A DNA stretch of 64,000 nucleotides from Gemmatimonadaceae bacterium (GCA_051859245.1 JBHYGA010000001.1:1213722-1277721); one strand, 5' to 3'; counted from the first letter of the stretch, positions 10,269 to 20,998 are shown. Program-made: numbers and translations. The notes: a model not told the origin generated them from the sequence alone.

Positions 10269-10341
<73 letters not shown>

Positions 10342-10482
10342 CTGACAGAAGTGTAAGGAAATCAAGGACTTGCTACGTAACGGGCGGCCAGACGGTCGCC
10401 CGTTGTGTATTGAAGGACGCAATCTTGCACACTATCGCCATGTTGGACGAGACAAGTTCATAGTGCTTGCAGCCGGGGCACC

Positions 10483-10794
10483 GTGGAGCTCTTGACACCG
10501 GCGCAACCCATGCGGAAGATGTCTCAGCAAATCGAACCTGCAAAACCACGCGATGGGCAGGCGAGCGACACCTTATTAGGCGCCGACGTGATGGTGGACG
10601 AAAAGGAGATATCCTATCGGCTGATGGAGCAATCACTTGCCGAGGCTGAGGGAAACCCCATGATCTTTGGCGAGCGTCTTCTCGCGCTTATTTGTGTAGC
10701 CGCGCGAGAATGTGATCGGACAGTGGTGTCGCGGTTCTACACGGAGCCTGCGGTCACGCGAATCCGTGAAGCCACGGCACGTCTCACGTTGTAG
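10483..10794 (+). CDS. Hypothetical protein
   Basis: ORF only; start uncertain. Confidence 0.35.
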   Translation: MELLTPAQPMRKMSQQIEPAKPRDGQASDTLLGADVMVDEKEISYRLMEQSLAEAEGNPMIFGERLLALICVAARECDRTVVSRFYTEPAVTRIREATARLTL

Positions 10795-10804
10795 GCACTG
10801 CCCC

Positions 10805-11992
10805 TTGCAACTACGACTGCGGTCAGCAACAAGGGATGCCTCAGCGCCAAGCCCCCGACTTCGCCGCGCTCTGCATCGGTTTGCTCGTGCCTGCGGCTGC
10901 GCTTTGCTGTGGCCTGCGGTCGCGTTTGGCCAGACGCAACCTTCGGTTCCAGCGGCGCAACCACTCGTGCAGTGGACCCCCGGGAGTGGCGTGCCGGAGT
11001 GGACGGCTATTGGTCAAATCCTTGTCCACTCCGGCTTGTTGTACGTCACGCAACCGCAGGATCACGTGATTCTGGTCCTTGATGCTAAAGGGAAGCTGTT
11101 GCGGCGCATCGGCCGAAAAGGCGCTGGTCCGGGGGAATTCCGGAGCATCGGTGCACTGGGGATGAAGGGTGATACACTCTGGGCGCACGACTATATGCTG
11201 CGCCGCGTGACGTTCTTCTCGCTCACGGGAGTCGTACATCGGACCACTGTCCTCGAAGTGCCTCCGATTGAAGGACTGTCGCCGCCGACGGTCGCGGGGA
11301 TGAGTGAGAGCGGGGACGTGGTACTCCTCTTCGCGACGACCCCGGGTGCCCCGTCGTCTGAGCGCATGCCAGTCAAGGTGTTCCGTCGTGATGGTTCGTT
11401 GCGCGAGATCACGTCAGTCCGCGCCCCGAACGGAGCCACACGAGTCCCGCCGAGTGGCATGTACGTCAATGCAGAGTATCAGGGCTTCTTCGGCGGCGGC
11501 GGCGTGGTGATGGTCGATAACCGCACCATCTCGTCGTTTGATGCTGCACCCAATGGTCGAGTCACGCAGCAGGACTTTGCGTATGACGGCGCTCGCGGGG
11601 CTTCGCGACAGTTCTCGCTGCCTGTAGTCCGCGTGCCTGCGGCGCTTGCGGCCCGCCTCCAGGGAGAGATCCTGCAGCGTCTCACGAAGGTCGCGCGTTC
11701 CGCCGACGTAGCACGTTCGCTCATGCCTGTGGCATTCCCAATGCCCTCCACGTTTCCCGTACTGCTTGGAGCAGCGCGCCTTCCCAGTGGCGACTTGCTG
11801 GTGCAAACGCCGAGTAGCAACGAGACATTGGTCGTATGGCAGGTGCTCAATCGAGCGGGTGCCATGCGTCCCGTTTTCACCACGGAGCGTGCGTTCCGCC
11901 CGATGGGTATGGGTGGTGGACGGCTCTGGGGCACTGTCCAAGACGCGGACGGCCTCGACGTCATCGTTGCGTACGCACTACCGTTCAGCTGA
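10805..11992 (+). CDS. Secreted 6-bladed beta-propeller (NHL/DUF5128-like) protein
   Basis: LYVTQPQDHVILVLDAKGKLLRRIGRKGAGPGEF motif; signal ending AVAFG-Q; start uncertain. Confidence 0.75.
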   Translation: MQLRLRSATRDASAPSPRLRRALHRFARACGCALLWPAVAFGQTQPSVPAAQPLVQWTPGSGVPEWTAIGQILVHSGLLYVTQPQDHVILVLDAKGKLLRRIGRKGAGPGEFRSIGALGMKGDTLWAHDYMLRRVTFFSLTGVVHRTTVLEVPPIEGLSPPTVAGMSESGDVVLLFATTPGAPSSERMPVKVFRRDGSLREITSVRAPNGATRVPPSGMYVNAEYQGFFGGGGVVMVDNRTISSFDAAPNGRVTQQDFAYDGARGASRQFSLPVVRVPAALAARLQGEILQRLTKVARSADVARSLMPVAFPMPSTFPVLLGAARLPSGDLLVQTPSSNETLVVWQVLNRAGAMRPVFTTERAFRPMGMGGGRLWGTVQDADGLDVIVAYALPFS

Positions 11993-11994
11993 CA

Positions 11995-12280
11995 GTGGTG
12001 CGATTGGTTCGCCGCATCACGGTCATTGCCGCCGGAAGTGCGCTTCTAGTCGGGTGTGTCGAGCGGCCGCACGCCCCACCTCCGATTCGACTGGATGGAG
12101 TTCGGCAGCACAGCATTCCTGGCGGCACAGCGGTCGGAGGGATGTCACTCGGCGATGACGGAAGTCCAGTGGCATGGGCCGATTCGACCCTCCTGCTCAC
12201 AAGGAGCGTAGAGGATACGGCGATGTTCGCCATCCAATTGCCGGACACCATGAATTGCGGTTATGGCAGTGAGTTGCATG
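11995..12280 (+). pseudogene. Truncated lipoprotein
   Basis: GTG 2 nt after the upstream stop; signal MVRLVRRITVIAAGSALLVGC; frame then runs into a hairpin and the antisense strand of the PEP-CTERM gene. Confidence 0.45.
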
Positions 12281-12312
12281 ACGGCCGCCTCCTTCGGGAA
12301 GGCGGCCGTTTT
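12281..12312. terminator. Hairpin terminator at the end of the PEP-CTERM gene
   Basis: ACGGCCGCCT...AGGCGGCCGT-TTT. Confidence 0.65.
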
Positions 12313-12330
12313 CGCAACGCACCCGATGCG

Positions 12331-13110
12331 TTAGCCGACCCAACGCCGACGCGCGACGCCGCCGAGTGCCGCCAGGCCGGTGGCGAGCAGCGCCCAGGAG
12401 CCGGGCTCCGGGACGGTGGCCGCGAACGCGCTCGCCGGTGCGCTCCTGGTTTTCTTCCCCGACGTGAAGGTCGCCACGTGATCCCAGTCCGGGTCGAACA
12501 CGAGCTCCACGCCCGGCGCGACCCCGGCCGCGCCGAAGGTGACGTCCATCGTCTCGAAGATGTCGCCGACGGCCTCCTGCCCGGGGCGGCGGACGACGTT
12601 CGTGTACAGCACGGTCGTGTTGCCGGCCAACATCCCGGTCCACCGCCGGAAGTCGAAGTCGCGCCCAAGGCCCGAGCCCGTGGTGCCCTGATTCCAGCCG
12701 AAGGTGCGATCGAAGACGATGTTGCCTGTGCTCCCCGCGAACACGACTCGCTGCAGCGCTGTGGGCGCTGTGTTCGTCAGCAGCCAGTAGTTGGTCTTGG
12801 GTTCGAGGCTGAGGGTGAGGAACGGATCCGCGATGCCCCAACTGCCGGCGCCGGTCGAGCCCCAGTACGAGGTGGACGAGGCGCCGCCAGTCCAGTAGGC
12901 GGTGACTGCCAGGCCGGCCATCAGGGCGTCGTCGCGCGAGGTGGAGACGAACCGACCGGCGATGCGCGCGGCACCGTCGGATTGGAGGATGGTCAGCCCG
13001 TCGTCGTTGACCAGATCGCCGAAGGGCTGGGCAGCGACGGGGCGGGCGGCGAGCGTGGCAGCGAGCAATGCGCTGGAGAGCGCGAGCGAGAGGCAGTGTG
13101 TTGGACGCAT
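12331..13110 (-). CDS. PEP-CTERM sorting-domain protein
   Basis: Signal peptide ending PVAA-Q; C-terminus VPEPGSWALLATGLAALGGVARRRWVG (PEP + TM + basic tail). Confidence 0.88.
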   Translation of the reverse strand: MRPTHCLSLALSSALLAATLAARPVAAQPFGDLVNDDGLTILQSDGAARIAGRFVSTSRDDALMAGLAVTAYWTGGASSTSYWGSTGAGSWGIADPFLTLSLEPKTNYWLLTNTAPTALQRVVFAGSTGNIVFDRTFGWNQGTTGSGLGRDFDFRRWTGMLAGNTTVLYTNVVRRPGQEAVGDIFETMDVTFGAAGVAPGVELVFDPDWDHVATFTSGKKTRSAPASAFAATVPEPGSWALLATGLAALGGVARRRWVG

Positions 13111-13204
13111 GGTATGGTCAGAGAAAAGGGACGTGAGGTCGATCGCTCTGACGTACGAAATCCACGCCCCGCGTCGGACATGCGTGACCCGTGCCGCCTT
13201 AAGT

Positions 13205-14101
13205 TCACTCCGTTGCCTGCGTGCCGCCCATCCCCACGCTTTTTTCACCAAAGCTCCGGCCAAGTTGCGCCATGTCACGTTCCGTCTCGAGTACAAGCGG
13301 AATCATCGCGGTTTTGGTGAACCGCTGTGCAAACGCGCTGCTGAGCAGTTGGCGAATCGCTGAGAGTCGTGCCAAGGAACCCGGCACAAACACGGTGCGT
13401 GCGCGCGATTCAATTGCGCGCACAAATGCGGTGGTGCACTGCTCCAGCGATGTGACACGACCAAATGGACCCGGCAGCTTGGCCAGCGTGCGATTGAACG
13501 CCGAAACGTCCGTCTGCACATCGCGCACAAGATCCGTGTTGATCCAGGTCATATACGCCGTGCCAACAGCAACGCCGTGTGGTAGCAGCTCAAGGCGCAT
13601 CACATTCGCGAGTTGCTCCACGCCGGCTTTGGATGCCGCGTACGCGGAAAGACCGGGCATGGCGCTAAACGCCGCCGCGCTCGCCACGAGCAACAGATAG
13701 CCGCGCGTTTCAAGTAGCTGAGGCAGTGCCGCTTTCGCGGTGCGCAACACGCCCACCAGATTCACGTTGAGTACGCGCACCAGTGCTTCGACATCCGCCA
13801 CCCGCACGGTGCCATTGCTGGCGATGCCCGCATTCGCCACGACCACATCGATGCGGCCGAGTGCATGCACCGTGCCTTCGACCGCACGATCGAGCGCTGT
13901 CTGATCGGTGACGTCACATTCAAACCACACGTGCGACGGCCCAAGCTCGGCCGCAAGTGCCTTGAGCAGCGCCGGCTCCATCCCAACCAGTGACAGTGTT
14001 GCACCGCGCTGCGCCAGTGCGCGTGCGGTTGCTGCACCAATGCCTCGTGCAGGACCGGTGATCAGCACGACTTTTCCGCGAACGCTGCGCTCGCCGTTCA
14101 T
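13205..14101 (-). CDS. Short-chain dehydrogenase/reductase
   Basis: TGPARGIG, ANAGI, YAASK. Confidence 0.9.
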   Translation of the reverse strand: MNGERSVRGKVVLITGPARGIGAATARALAQRGATLSLVGMEPALLKALAAELGPSHVWFECDVTDQTALDRAVEGTVHALGRIDVVVANAGIASNGTVRVADVEALVRVLNVNLVGVLRTAKAALPQLLETRGYLLLVASAAAFSAMPGLSAYAASKAGVEQLANVMRLELLPHGVAVGTAYMTWINTDLVRDVQTDVSAFNRTLAKLPGPFGRVTSLEQCTTAFVRAIESRARTVFVPGSLARLSAIRQLLSSAFAQRFTKTAMIPLVLETERDMAQLGRSFGEKSVGMGGTQATE

Positions 14102-15561
14102 TTCGTCTTGGGCTTTCCGCCAAAACGCATTTCGCGATCCACACTCAGCGCCAACGAACCCGCAGCCTCCGCGCGCACGATCAACGCCGATGGCATGGCG
14201 ACCACGTCGATCAAACGACCGGCCGTGAGCGTCGCCGAGAGTTGCACACCGTCCGTCAGCTGCCGGTTAATTGCCCCTTCCACTTTGGCACGCAACGTGG
14301 CCAGCCGGTCCGCCAGCGGAAGCACCGCCGCTTCGCGCAACTGCAGCACCGCCGCTTCTTCTGTCAGAAACGCGAGTCCTTGCACCAGTGCGTTGCTGGT
14401 GGCCACGTCGAAGTTGAGATCAGGTACGGTGAGTTCTTCGCGTGCGATATCAAGTTGTGGTGTGCCAACCAACCAGCCTTCGCCGCGCACGGCACCGTCA
14501 AACTTTACACCCAGTGCCACACGTCCATCACCAACAGGCACAAGACGCACGTCGACTACACGAACCCGGCGACGCCAACGTGTGAATGATTTGCCAACCA
14601 AACGCTCACGCAACAGCGCGGACGCAACATCGTACTGCACGCTCGCTTCCAGCAACACACGAGCACTGTCACCAACGTCGGAGCGCGGCGGCAAGAGTGG
14701 TGGCAGTGGTGTTGTGGTGCGCGCCGGTTCTTCGCCAGACACAATGATCGGCTGGGCAAAGAGACGCACGTCAAACACGAGCGCTGAGTCTTTTACATTG
14801 ATGCTGCCGAGTCGCACTTCGCCCGGACGCAGCAGCAGCCACAAACTGTCGGCTACTTTGAATGGGCGATTCATTTCGTTGTACCACTTCTCGAGCCGGT
14901 CACGAACGTTCCAGCCGGCAAGCCGACGATCAATTTTCGGCAGTTCGCGTCGCAGAATATTCTGCACGGCGCCGGAGACACGATCGGTCACGTCAATGCT
15001 GAACGCGGTGACTCGGCACGCGTCACGATCGGTATCCGTGAGCGGACGCAACGACGCGATGCGCGTTTTGGCTCGCACGCGCCACTCCGGAGAAATGCCG
15101 AGTTCACTCTGCAAACGTGCACGGAGTCGCGGACGCGCGTTGTCCACGCCGCACGATGCACCAACCTCCGGCAGGAGCGGCGGGTTGTACCATCCCTTGC
15201 CCGCGTAACTCACTGTGGTGCCGAGCGTAAGCAGGCCGTTGTCGAGCGTCACATCAAACGGATCGCGCGCGGCTTCGTAAGCGAACTTCTGCCGACCGTT
15301 TGATGGATGCTGGATACGGCGGTCGAGGTTGCCGAAGCGACGTGGAACGGCCGCCTCCAGCGCGTTGAGCGTAGGTTCAAGATTGATGCTGATTGGCGCG
15401 TCAATGATGGACGGTTCAACGGGTGCCAATGACGGGGGCAGAAACTGCCCCGTGGCTCCCGGCGGCGGTGCGTTGATGTCGACCGGGCGCGCGCATCCGG
15501 CCAGCAGCAGCGCGGTGACTACGTAGACCAGCCCGAAGCCGGAACGCCAATGTGATTGCAT
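14098..15561 (-). CDS. DUF4403-like exported lipoprotein
   Basis: Lipobox LAGC; long beta-rich ORF; family call from memory. Confidence 0.6.
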   Translation of the reverse strand: MQSHWRSGFGLVYVVTALLLAGCARPVDINAPPPGATGQFLPPSLAPVEPSIIDAPISINLEPTLNALEAAVPRRFGNLDRRIQHPSNGRQKFAYEAARDPFDVTLDNGLLTLGTTVSYAGKGWYNPPLLPEVGASCGVDNARPRLRARLQSELGISPEWRVRAKTRIASLRPLTDTDRDACRVTAFSIDVTDRVSGAVQNILRRELPKIDRRLAGWNVRDRLEKWYNEMNRPFKVADSLWLLLRPGEVRLGSINVKDSALVFDVRLFAQPIIVSGEEPARTTTPLPPLLPPRSDVGDSARVLLEASVQYDVASALLRERLVGKSFTRWRRRVRVVDVRLVPVGDGRVALGVKFDGAVRGEGWLVGTPQLDIAREELTVPDLNFDVATSNALVQGLAFLTEEAAVLQLREAAVLPLADRLATLRAKVEGAINRQLTDGVQLSATLTAGRLIDVVAMPSALIVRAEAAGSLALSVDREMRFGGKPKTK

Positions 15562-15675
15562 CGCGGAACGATACGCTTGGGATGTACACCTCCGGAAGCA
15601 TGCGCAAGAGAGAGGCGGCCACATGGTCGGGCTCGCCTGTGGTGCCGGCTGCACTCACCGCGTAGCTTGCGGCCC

Positions 15676-16455
15676 ATGCACATCAACCTGAACTCACGCG
15701 TGGCCGTGGTCACGGGCGGCGCCAACGGTATTGGTCTGGCCACGGTGGTGCGGCTGGCGCGCAGCGGTGCGTCGGTGGCAATCTGGGACCGGAATGTTGA
15801 ACCCGCTCACGAAACGGTTCGTGGACTGCGCGCCGAAGGATGTGTAGTTGATGTGTTCGCCACGGACGTGACAGATCGCGAGAGTGTGCGCGCCGCGGCC
15901 GATGCGACGGTGTCCGCCTTTGGCGGCATTGATATTCTGATCAACAACGCCGGCATCATTCGCGACTCGCAGCTGGTGCGCGTAAAAGACGGCGCGGTGA
16001 CGGGCGGTATGTCCGAAGCAGATTTTGATGCCGTGATTGACGTGAACCTGAAGGGCGTGTTCAACTGCGCGCAGGTGGTGGTGCCGTTTCTGATCGCACG
16101 AGGCGGCGGATCGATTGTGAATGCCACATCAGTCGTTGCACGCACCGGCAACTTCGGGCAGAGCAACTACGTGGCTGCGAAAGCCGGCGTGGTGGGGCTG
16201 ACGCAGGTGTGGGCGCGCGAACTCGGCAAGCGCAACATTCGCGTGAATGCGATCGCGCCGGGTTTCATCGCCACCGACATGACGGCCTCAATGCCGGCCG
16301 CCGTGCTCGAGCAGATGGCCGCACATACACCAATGGCGCGACTCGGCACGCCTGACGACGTGGCTGCGGCGTACTGTTTTCTCGTGTCGAATGCGGCCGC
16401 GTTCATTAACGGCGCGGTGCTGCCTGTAGACGGCGGACTGGTAATCGGCACGTAA
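15676..16455 (+). CDS. fabG: 3-oxoacyl-ACP reductase (FabG-like SDR)
   Basis: TGGANGIG, NNAGIIRD, GNFGQSNYVAAKAG, VNAIAPGFI. Confidence 0.8.
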   Translation: MHINLNSRVAVVTGGANGIGLATVVRLARSGASVAIWDRNVEPAHETVRGLRAEGCVVDVFATDVTDRESVRAAADATVSAFGGIDILINNAGIIRDSQLVRVKDGAVTGGMSEADFDAVIDVNLKGVFNCAQVVVPFLIARGGGSIVNATSVVARTGNFGQSNYVAAKAGVVGLTQVWARELGKRNIRVNAIAPGFIATDMTASMPAAVLEQMAAHTPMARLGTPDDVAAAYCFLVSNAAAFINGAVLPVDGGLVIGT

Positions 16456-16513
16456 CATCAGCCCGCGCCGGTTGCACGGGCAATGCGATGCAACGGCGCC
16501 GCGATCCGCTTGG

Positions 16514-17722
16514 CTATTGGCCCGCCACGCGCGTGGGTTCGGCCCGGCTCCGCACCGTACCATCGCCGAGCGCACCACCACCGCGCGCGTCGGTATTCTC
16601 TCCCCAACACCACGCCACGCCCTCGGTGTCAATCGCGCAGGTGTGATAGTCACCCGATGCAATGGTGACAAACGTGTGCGACCCGCTCACGCGCACAGGC
16701 GCCGCTTCGGATACACCGCTGCCGTTGCCAAGTCCACCGTTGTAGTTCGATCCCCAGCACCATGCGCTACCCGCTGAGTCGAGGCCGCACACACGCTGTC
16801 GACCAGCAGACAGTTGCTGAAACCGAATGTTGCCGACGATTGGCGTTGGCACGAACGAGTTCGGTCGCGGAGGTGAGCCTTGTCCAAGCTGCCCTTCAAA
16901 CGCGATGCCCCAGCACCAGCCGAGCGAATCGGCGGCAATGCCGCAGGTAACACTCTCGCCCGCCGTGAGCTGCGTGAACTTTGTACTGCCGCTCACTGAC
17001 ACGGGCGCATCGCGATCGGCCAGGCTTCCGTCGCCAAGCGCACCGCCGTCACCCCAGCACCAGGCGGCACCCGCAGCCGTTAACGCACACATGTGCATGC
17101 GTCCCGCGGCGAGTGATACAAACGGCTCACTGCTGTTCACTGGTGTGGCGGTTGCGGACGACGGCGACGGTCCATTGCCGTCACCACGCTCACCATGACG
17201 ATCCGCGCCCCAGCACGCGGTGCTGCTTCGCGTGTCAATCACGCAAGAAAAATGTGCGCCGAGCGCCACCACTTTCACCGACCGCACCTGCGCGGTACCT
17301 GGTCGTGCCTGCACGCGTACTGTGGTATCGCCGAGCGCGAACTCCTGATTGTCTCCCCAGCAGTGCACAGCCGCCAACGAATCCACAGCGCACACGTGCG
17401 ACTCGCCGGCCACGAGTTGCGCGAATGGCACCGACTGCTGGAGCCTCGTTGGCACAAACCGATCAAGCGTGTCGCCGAGTCCGAGTTGCCCATAGCGATT
17501 CGATCCCCAACACCACGCGTCGCCCTGCGCATCAAGCGCGCACGTGAACTGCCGTCCTGCGGTAATCGACGCAAAGCGCAGCGGTGTGGAGTCCGTTGCC
17601 GCACTGGCAGCGGACGGCGTCGCGCGATCTGCGCCACCGCACGCCGTGAGCGCAAGGCAGAGACCCACAATCAAGGCGCTCGCATTTCGGCGCGACACAG
17701 GAAACAGATGAGGTAACGTCAT
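16514..17722 (-). CDS. RCC1-repeat lipoprotein
   Basis: Seven repeats of AG..H(T/V)C.L...G.AWCWG.N..G.LG; lipobox LTAC. Confidence 0.88.
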   Translation of the reverse strand: MTLPHLFPVSRRNASALIVGLCLALTACGGADRATPSAASAATDSTPLRFASITAGRQFTCALDAQGDAWCWGSNRYGQLGLGDTLDRFVPTRLQQSVPFAQLVAGESHVCAVDSLAAVHCWGDNQEFALGDTTVRVQARPGTAQVRSVKVVALGAHFSCVIDTRSSTACWGADRHGERGDGNGPSPSSATATPVNSSEPFVSLAAGRMHMCALTAAGAAWCWGDGGALGDGSLADRDAPVSVSGSTKFTQLTAGESVTCGIAADSLGWCWGIAFEGQLGQGSPPRPNSFVPTPIVGNIRFQQLSAGRQRVCGLDSAGSAWCWGSNYNGGLGNGSGVSEAAPVRVSGSHTFVTIASGDYHTCAIDTEGVAWCWGENTDARGGGALGDGTVRSRAEPTRVAGQ

Positions 17723-17780
17723 ACTGCAAGTAACACCCGTGGCGCGGGAAAAGAGCCCACCAACTGCGTAACGCCCGTGC

Positions 17781-18518
17781 TTATTTCCTGGCCGGGCGCG
17801 ATTTATTCGCGGTTTCTGGTCTTGGGGCGGCGTACTGCATGCGCACCTGAATCGCCGGCGCGCGCGAGCTCGCCACGCTTCCCTTGGGTGACCAGCGTCG
17901 CGGTGCCGGGAGCACCGCCGCGAGTCTCGCCGATTCGTTGCGGGTGAGTTGTTTGGCCGATTTGCCAAAGTGGTGTTTCGCGGCGGCTTCAATGCCGAAG
18001 ATGCCGTTGCCCCACTCCGCGAGATTCACGTACAGATCAAGAATGCGATCCTTGGGCACAATCACTTCGAGCCAGAGCGTGAAGTACGCTTCCAGCCCTT
18101 TGCGAATCCACGAGCGTCCTTCCCACAAGAAGATATTCTTGACCACCTGCTGCGAGATGGTGGAGGCGCCGCGCATCGGTCGACCTGTGCGACGAATCTC
18201 GATGGCCTTTTCAATCTCGGTGAAATCAAAGCCGTCGTGCAGATAAAAGCGGTCGTCTTCGGCGGCGAGCACCGCGCGGTACAGCGACGGTGCGACCTCG
18301 TCGCGCGCGACCACGGTGCGTTTGGGATATGCGGGTGATTCGTCGGCGCGCCAGCGCTGCCACGTGCGCGTGAGCATCATGGCCGTGGTGGGTGGTTGCA
18401 CCACCAACAACAGCAGGCACGCGGGCAGGGGGAGCAAGAGGCCGATTGCGGCCACCACAAAAATGCGTCGTATCCAACGTCCAATGCGTCCGCGAACGCT
18501 GCGACTTGATGACGCCAT
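17781..18518 (-). CDS. mtgA: Monofunctional peptidoglycan transglycosylase
   Basis: AEDDRFYLHDGFD, RGASTISQQVVKN, RKGLE, LYVNLAEWG. Confidence 0.93.
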   Translation of the reverse strand: MASSSRSVRGRIGRWIRRIFVVAAIGLLLPLPACLLLLVVQPPTTAMMLTRTWQRWRADESPAYPKRTVVARDEVAPSLYRAVLAAEDDRFYLHDGFDFTEIEKAIEIRRTGRPMRGASTISQQVVKNIFLWEGRSWIRKGLEAYFTLWLEVIVPKDRILDLYVNLAEWGNGIFGIEAAAKHHFGKSAKQLTRNESARLAAVLPAPRRWSPKGSVASSRAPAIQVRMQYAAPRPETANKSRPARK

Positions 18519-18520
18519 GC

Positions 18521-19519
18521 TTACGGCTCTCGCAGGTGTGCAGGAGTATTGGGCGGCTGCCGCTTCCAGCGCCGATGATGCCAGAAGTACTGTTCAGCGT
18601 GCCGTCGCACGTCGCGCTCAAGTTGCATGGTAAACGCGGCCACAATCGTGTCCACATCGTGCTCGCGATCGCCGGTGTCGACGACTGGTACTGTTTCAAA
18701 CGCGATGCGATAATGACCGTCGGGCAGTCGCACGCACGCGGCGTAGATCACCGGCGTGCCGAGGCGCAACGCAAATACGCCGGGACCTCGCGGCGTGCGC
18801 GCCGGTCGGCCAAAAAACGGAACAAACGTTGACGCCAAACCCAGCCCATCCTGATCGCAGAGAAATGCGACCATCTTGCCTTCGGACAGCGCGCGAGGAA
18901 CACGCCGAACGGCTTTGGCATCGTGAATCACTTCCACGCCGAGCGATGCGCGTGTGCCGCGCACGTAGCGATCGAAGAGCGGGTTCTGAATGGCGCGCGT
19001 GATCGCCGCCACGGGAACACCGCGCGCCGCGAAGTACGCGCCACCGAGCTCCCAATTGCCAAGATGACCGGTCACGAGGATGACACCGCGTCCCTGCGCG
19101 AGCGCGCTTTCGAACAAGTCCCAGCCTTCGACCTGTGTCACCAGCGACAAGATGCGTTCGCGCGATGCACCGGGCAGGACTGCGGTTTCCATGGTTGTGC
19201 GTCCCAGGCTTTCGTATGCCTTGATCGCAATCCGGCGCCGCTCCCGCTCTGAGCGTTCAGGAAGCGCAGCGGCGATATGCCGATGCACGAGCTTTCGCCG
19301 GATGCCGACCGGCCAATAGCCAAATCGTCCCAACATGGCGCCAAAGAAACTGGCCGCTCGCCAACCGAGCAGTCGTAGCACGGCGACAAACGATCGGAAC
19401 GCGATGTACTGCAACCAGTGCGATACCGTTTGCGGCGCCTCCGCGTGCGTCGCGGTATCGGGCGTTTGGGGCGTCGCGGTGGACGGCGGCGCGTGATCGG
19501 CGTTACGAACGTTTGTCAT
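18521..19519 (-). CDS. Lipid A biosynthesis acyltransferase, LpxL/HtrB family
   Basis: TGHLGNWE, LCDQD, VPFFG, QYFWHHRRWK. Confidence 0.88.
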   Translation of the reverse strand: MTNVRNADHAPPSTATPQTPDTATHAEAPQTVSHWLQYIAFRSFVAVLRLLGWRAASFFGAMLGRFGYWPVGIRRKLVHRHIAAALPERSERERRRIAIKAYESLGRTTMETAVLPGASRERILSLVTQVEGWDLFESALAQGRGVILVTGHLGNWELGGAYFAARGVPVAAITRAIQNPLFDRYVRGTRASLGVEVIHDAKAVRRVPRALSEGKMVAFLCDQDGLGLASTFVPFFGRPARTPRGPGVFALRLGTPVIYAACVRLPDGHYRIAFETVPVVDTGDREHDVDTIVAAFTMQLERDVRRHAEQYFWHHRRWKRQPPNTPAHLREP

Positions 19520-19527
19520 GGACCTAT

Positions 19528-19569
19528 AAAATGCATGCGGCGCCGCTCCCGAGGGAACGGCGCCGCATG
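19528..19569 (-). terminator. Intrinsic terminator after the OmpA-family gene
   Basis: CATGCGGCGCCG...CGGCGCCGCATG then TTTT on the minus strand. Confidence 0.75.
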
Positions 19570-19609
19570 ATGAATCTAACGCGCGGCGTGAAATCACGCC
19601 GCGAGAAGA

Positions 19610-20632
19610 TCAGTTGGAGAGCATGATGAGCACGCGACGGTTGGTGGCGCGACCGTTGTCCGTGTTGTTCGGAGCGAGCGGCGTGCCTTCACCGGCCGTC
19701 TTGGCGGCGATACGCGACGCAGCAACACCCTTTGACACGAGGTAGTCACGCACCTGGTCAGCGCGCTGCTGGCCGAGCGTGGTGTTGTACGACTCGCTGC
19801 CGATGGCGTCGGTGTTACCCGTGACATCGATCGTGCGGGTCATGTTGACCTGCTCAAGCAGCGACGCGGCAATCTGGTCGAGCACCTTCGCCGCTTCCGG
19901 CGTGATGGCGTCCTGATTGAACGCGAACTGGACAGCGCCGATGACAATCGGACGGCCCGGCACGTTCACGCGGACGGTGTCCATACGCGTGGTGAACACG
20001 GTGTCGCGCTGCATGATGCGGACCGTGTCGTACTGAATGACCGGCTTGCGATCGCTGGTGAAGAGCGAAACGCTCACGCCAGCCTGCGCACCGAGGTTGA
20101 AGTGGCTCTCGCGCGGCGTCGGCTTGGTTTCGTCGTCAGCCGTGACGTAGTTACCAATACCTTCGAGCCGGAACGAGAACATGTCGTTAAGCGCGAAGCG
20201 CAAACCGACGAGGCCCGAGGGGCCACCGCCACGCGGCGCAACCTGACGCTGACGGCCGTACGCGTCATACGCGTAGCCGCCACCGATGAGGAACTTGACC
20301 TTCTCGCTGAAGTGGCCGTTGTACAGCAAACGGTAGTTCCACAGCGCATGCGACACCTTGTTGAGCGAGTCGTACACCGCGATGCCCGTGGGCTCGCGAT
20401 CGACGTCTGCGTCGGCGTACGACAAGTCCATTTCGAGCAGCAGGTTACGAAGCACATAGATGCCGGCGCGGCCACCGCCACCAAAGGCGGCGTCGAGCTG
20501 CTGCGACTCAGCAAACTTTGTGAAACGACCGAAGCCGCCGATTTCCACCGCGCCCTGCCGCTGCGCCTGAAGCGAAGCTGGCAGACCGAGGGCAATCACA
20601 GTGCCCAGCGCGAACATTGCAGTAGTACGCAT
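19610..20632 (-). CDS. OmpA-family outer-membrane protein (beta-barrel + OmpA_C)
   Basis: GNTDAIGSESYN..LGQQRA..V..YL; GRATNRRV; RBS GGAGG. Confidence 0.9.
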   Translation of the reverse strand: MRTTAMFALGTVIALGLPASLQAQRQGAVEIGGFGRFTKFAESQQLDAAFGGGGRAGIYVLRNLLLEMDLSYADADVDREPTGIAVYDSLNKVSHALWNYRLLYNGHFSEKVKFLIGGGYAYDAYGRQRQVAPRGGGPSGLVGLRFALNDMFSFRLEGIGNYVTADDETKPTPRESHFNLGAQAGVSVSLFTSDRKPVIQYDTVRIMQRDTVFTTRMDTVRVNVPGRPIVIGAVQFAFNQDAITPEAAKVLDQIAASLLEQVNMTRTIDVTGNTDAIGSESYNTTLGQQRADQVRDYLVSKGVAASRIAAKTAGEGTPLAPNNTDNGRATNRRVLIMLSN

Positions 20633-20998
20633 ATTCCTCCCGTGAGATGACAAAACCGACGGACTAAACCGCCATGAGCCTGCGTGACATGACAACACGG
20701 CCAAGTCCTGCTTAAATCCCGGCGCGAAGGCATTCGCGGGCCGGCGTTACCAGAATCCCGAATGAATCCCGGAATAAAACGCCCGCGCGGTTGCCACGCA
20801 TCAAGTTACGCATCATTTGCCAGAGGGCAACCGTCAATCAGTCACGAACTTGGCCGAAATCACAAAATCTGCCAATCTCGGAACGTTCTGCCGGATCGAT
20901 CACTCTCTGGCCACTGTCCAGGCCGGACATGTTGACCGAAAGGGAGACGATCGACATGCCGACTCTGAAACAACACGGATATCTCTGGACCAGGGACG

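Noticed and set aside
11836..13320. 494-aa plus-strand ORF
   Set aside because: Chimera of a lipoprotein fragment and the antisense shadow of the GC-rich PEP-CTERM gene
14108..15208. 366-aa Ser/Arg-rich ORF
   Set aside because: Antisense shadow of the DUF4403-like gene
20714..20775. AATCCC x3 upstream of the OmpA-family gene
   Set aside because: Possible regulator sites, but too short to support a call
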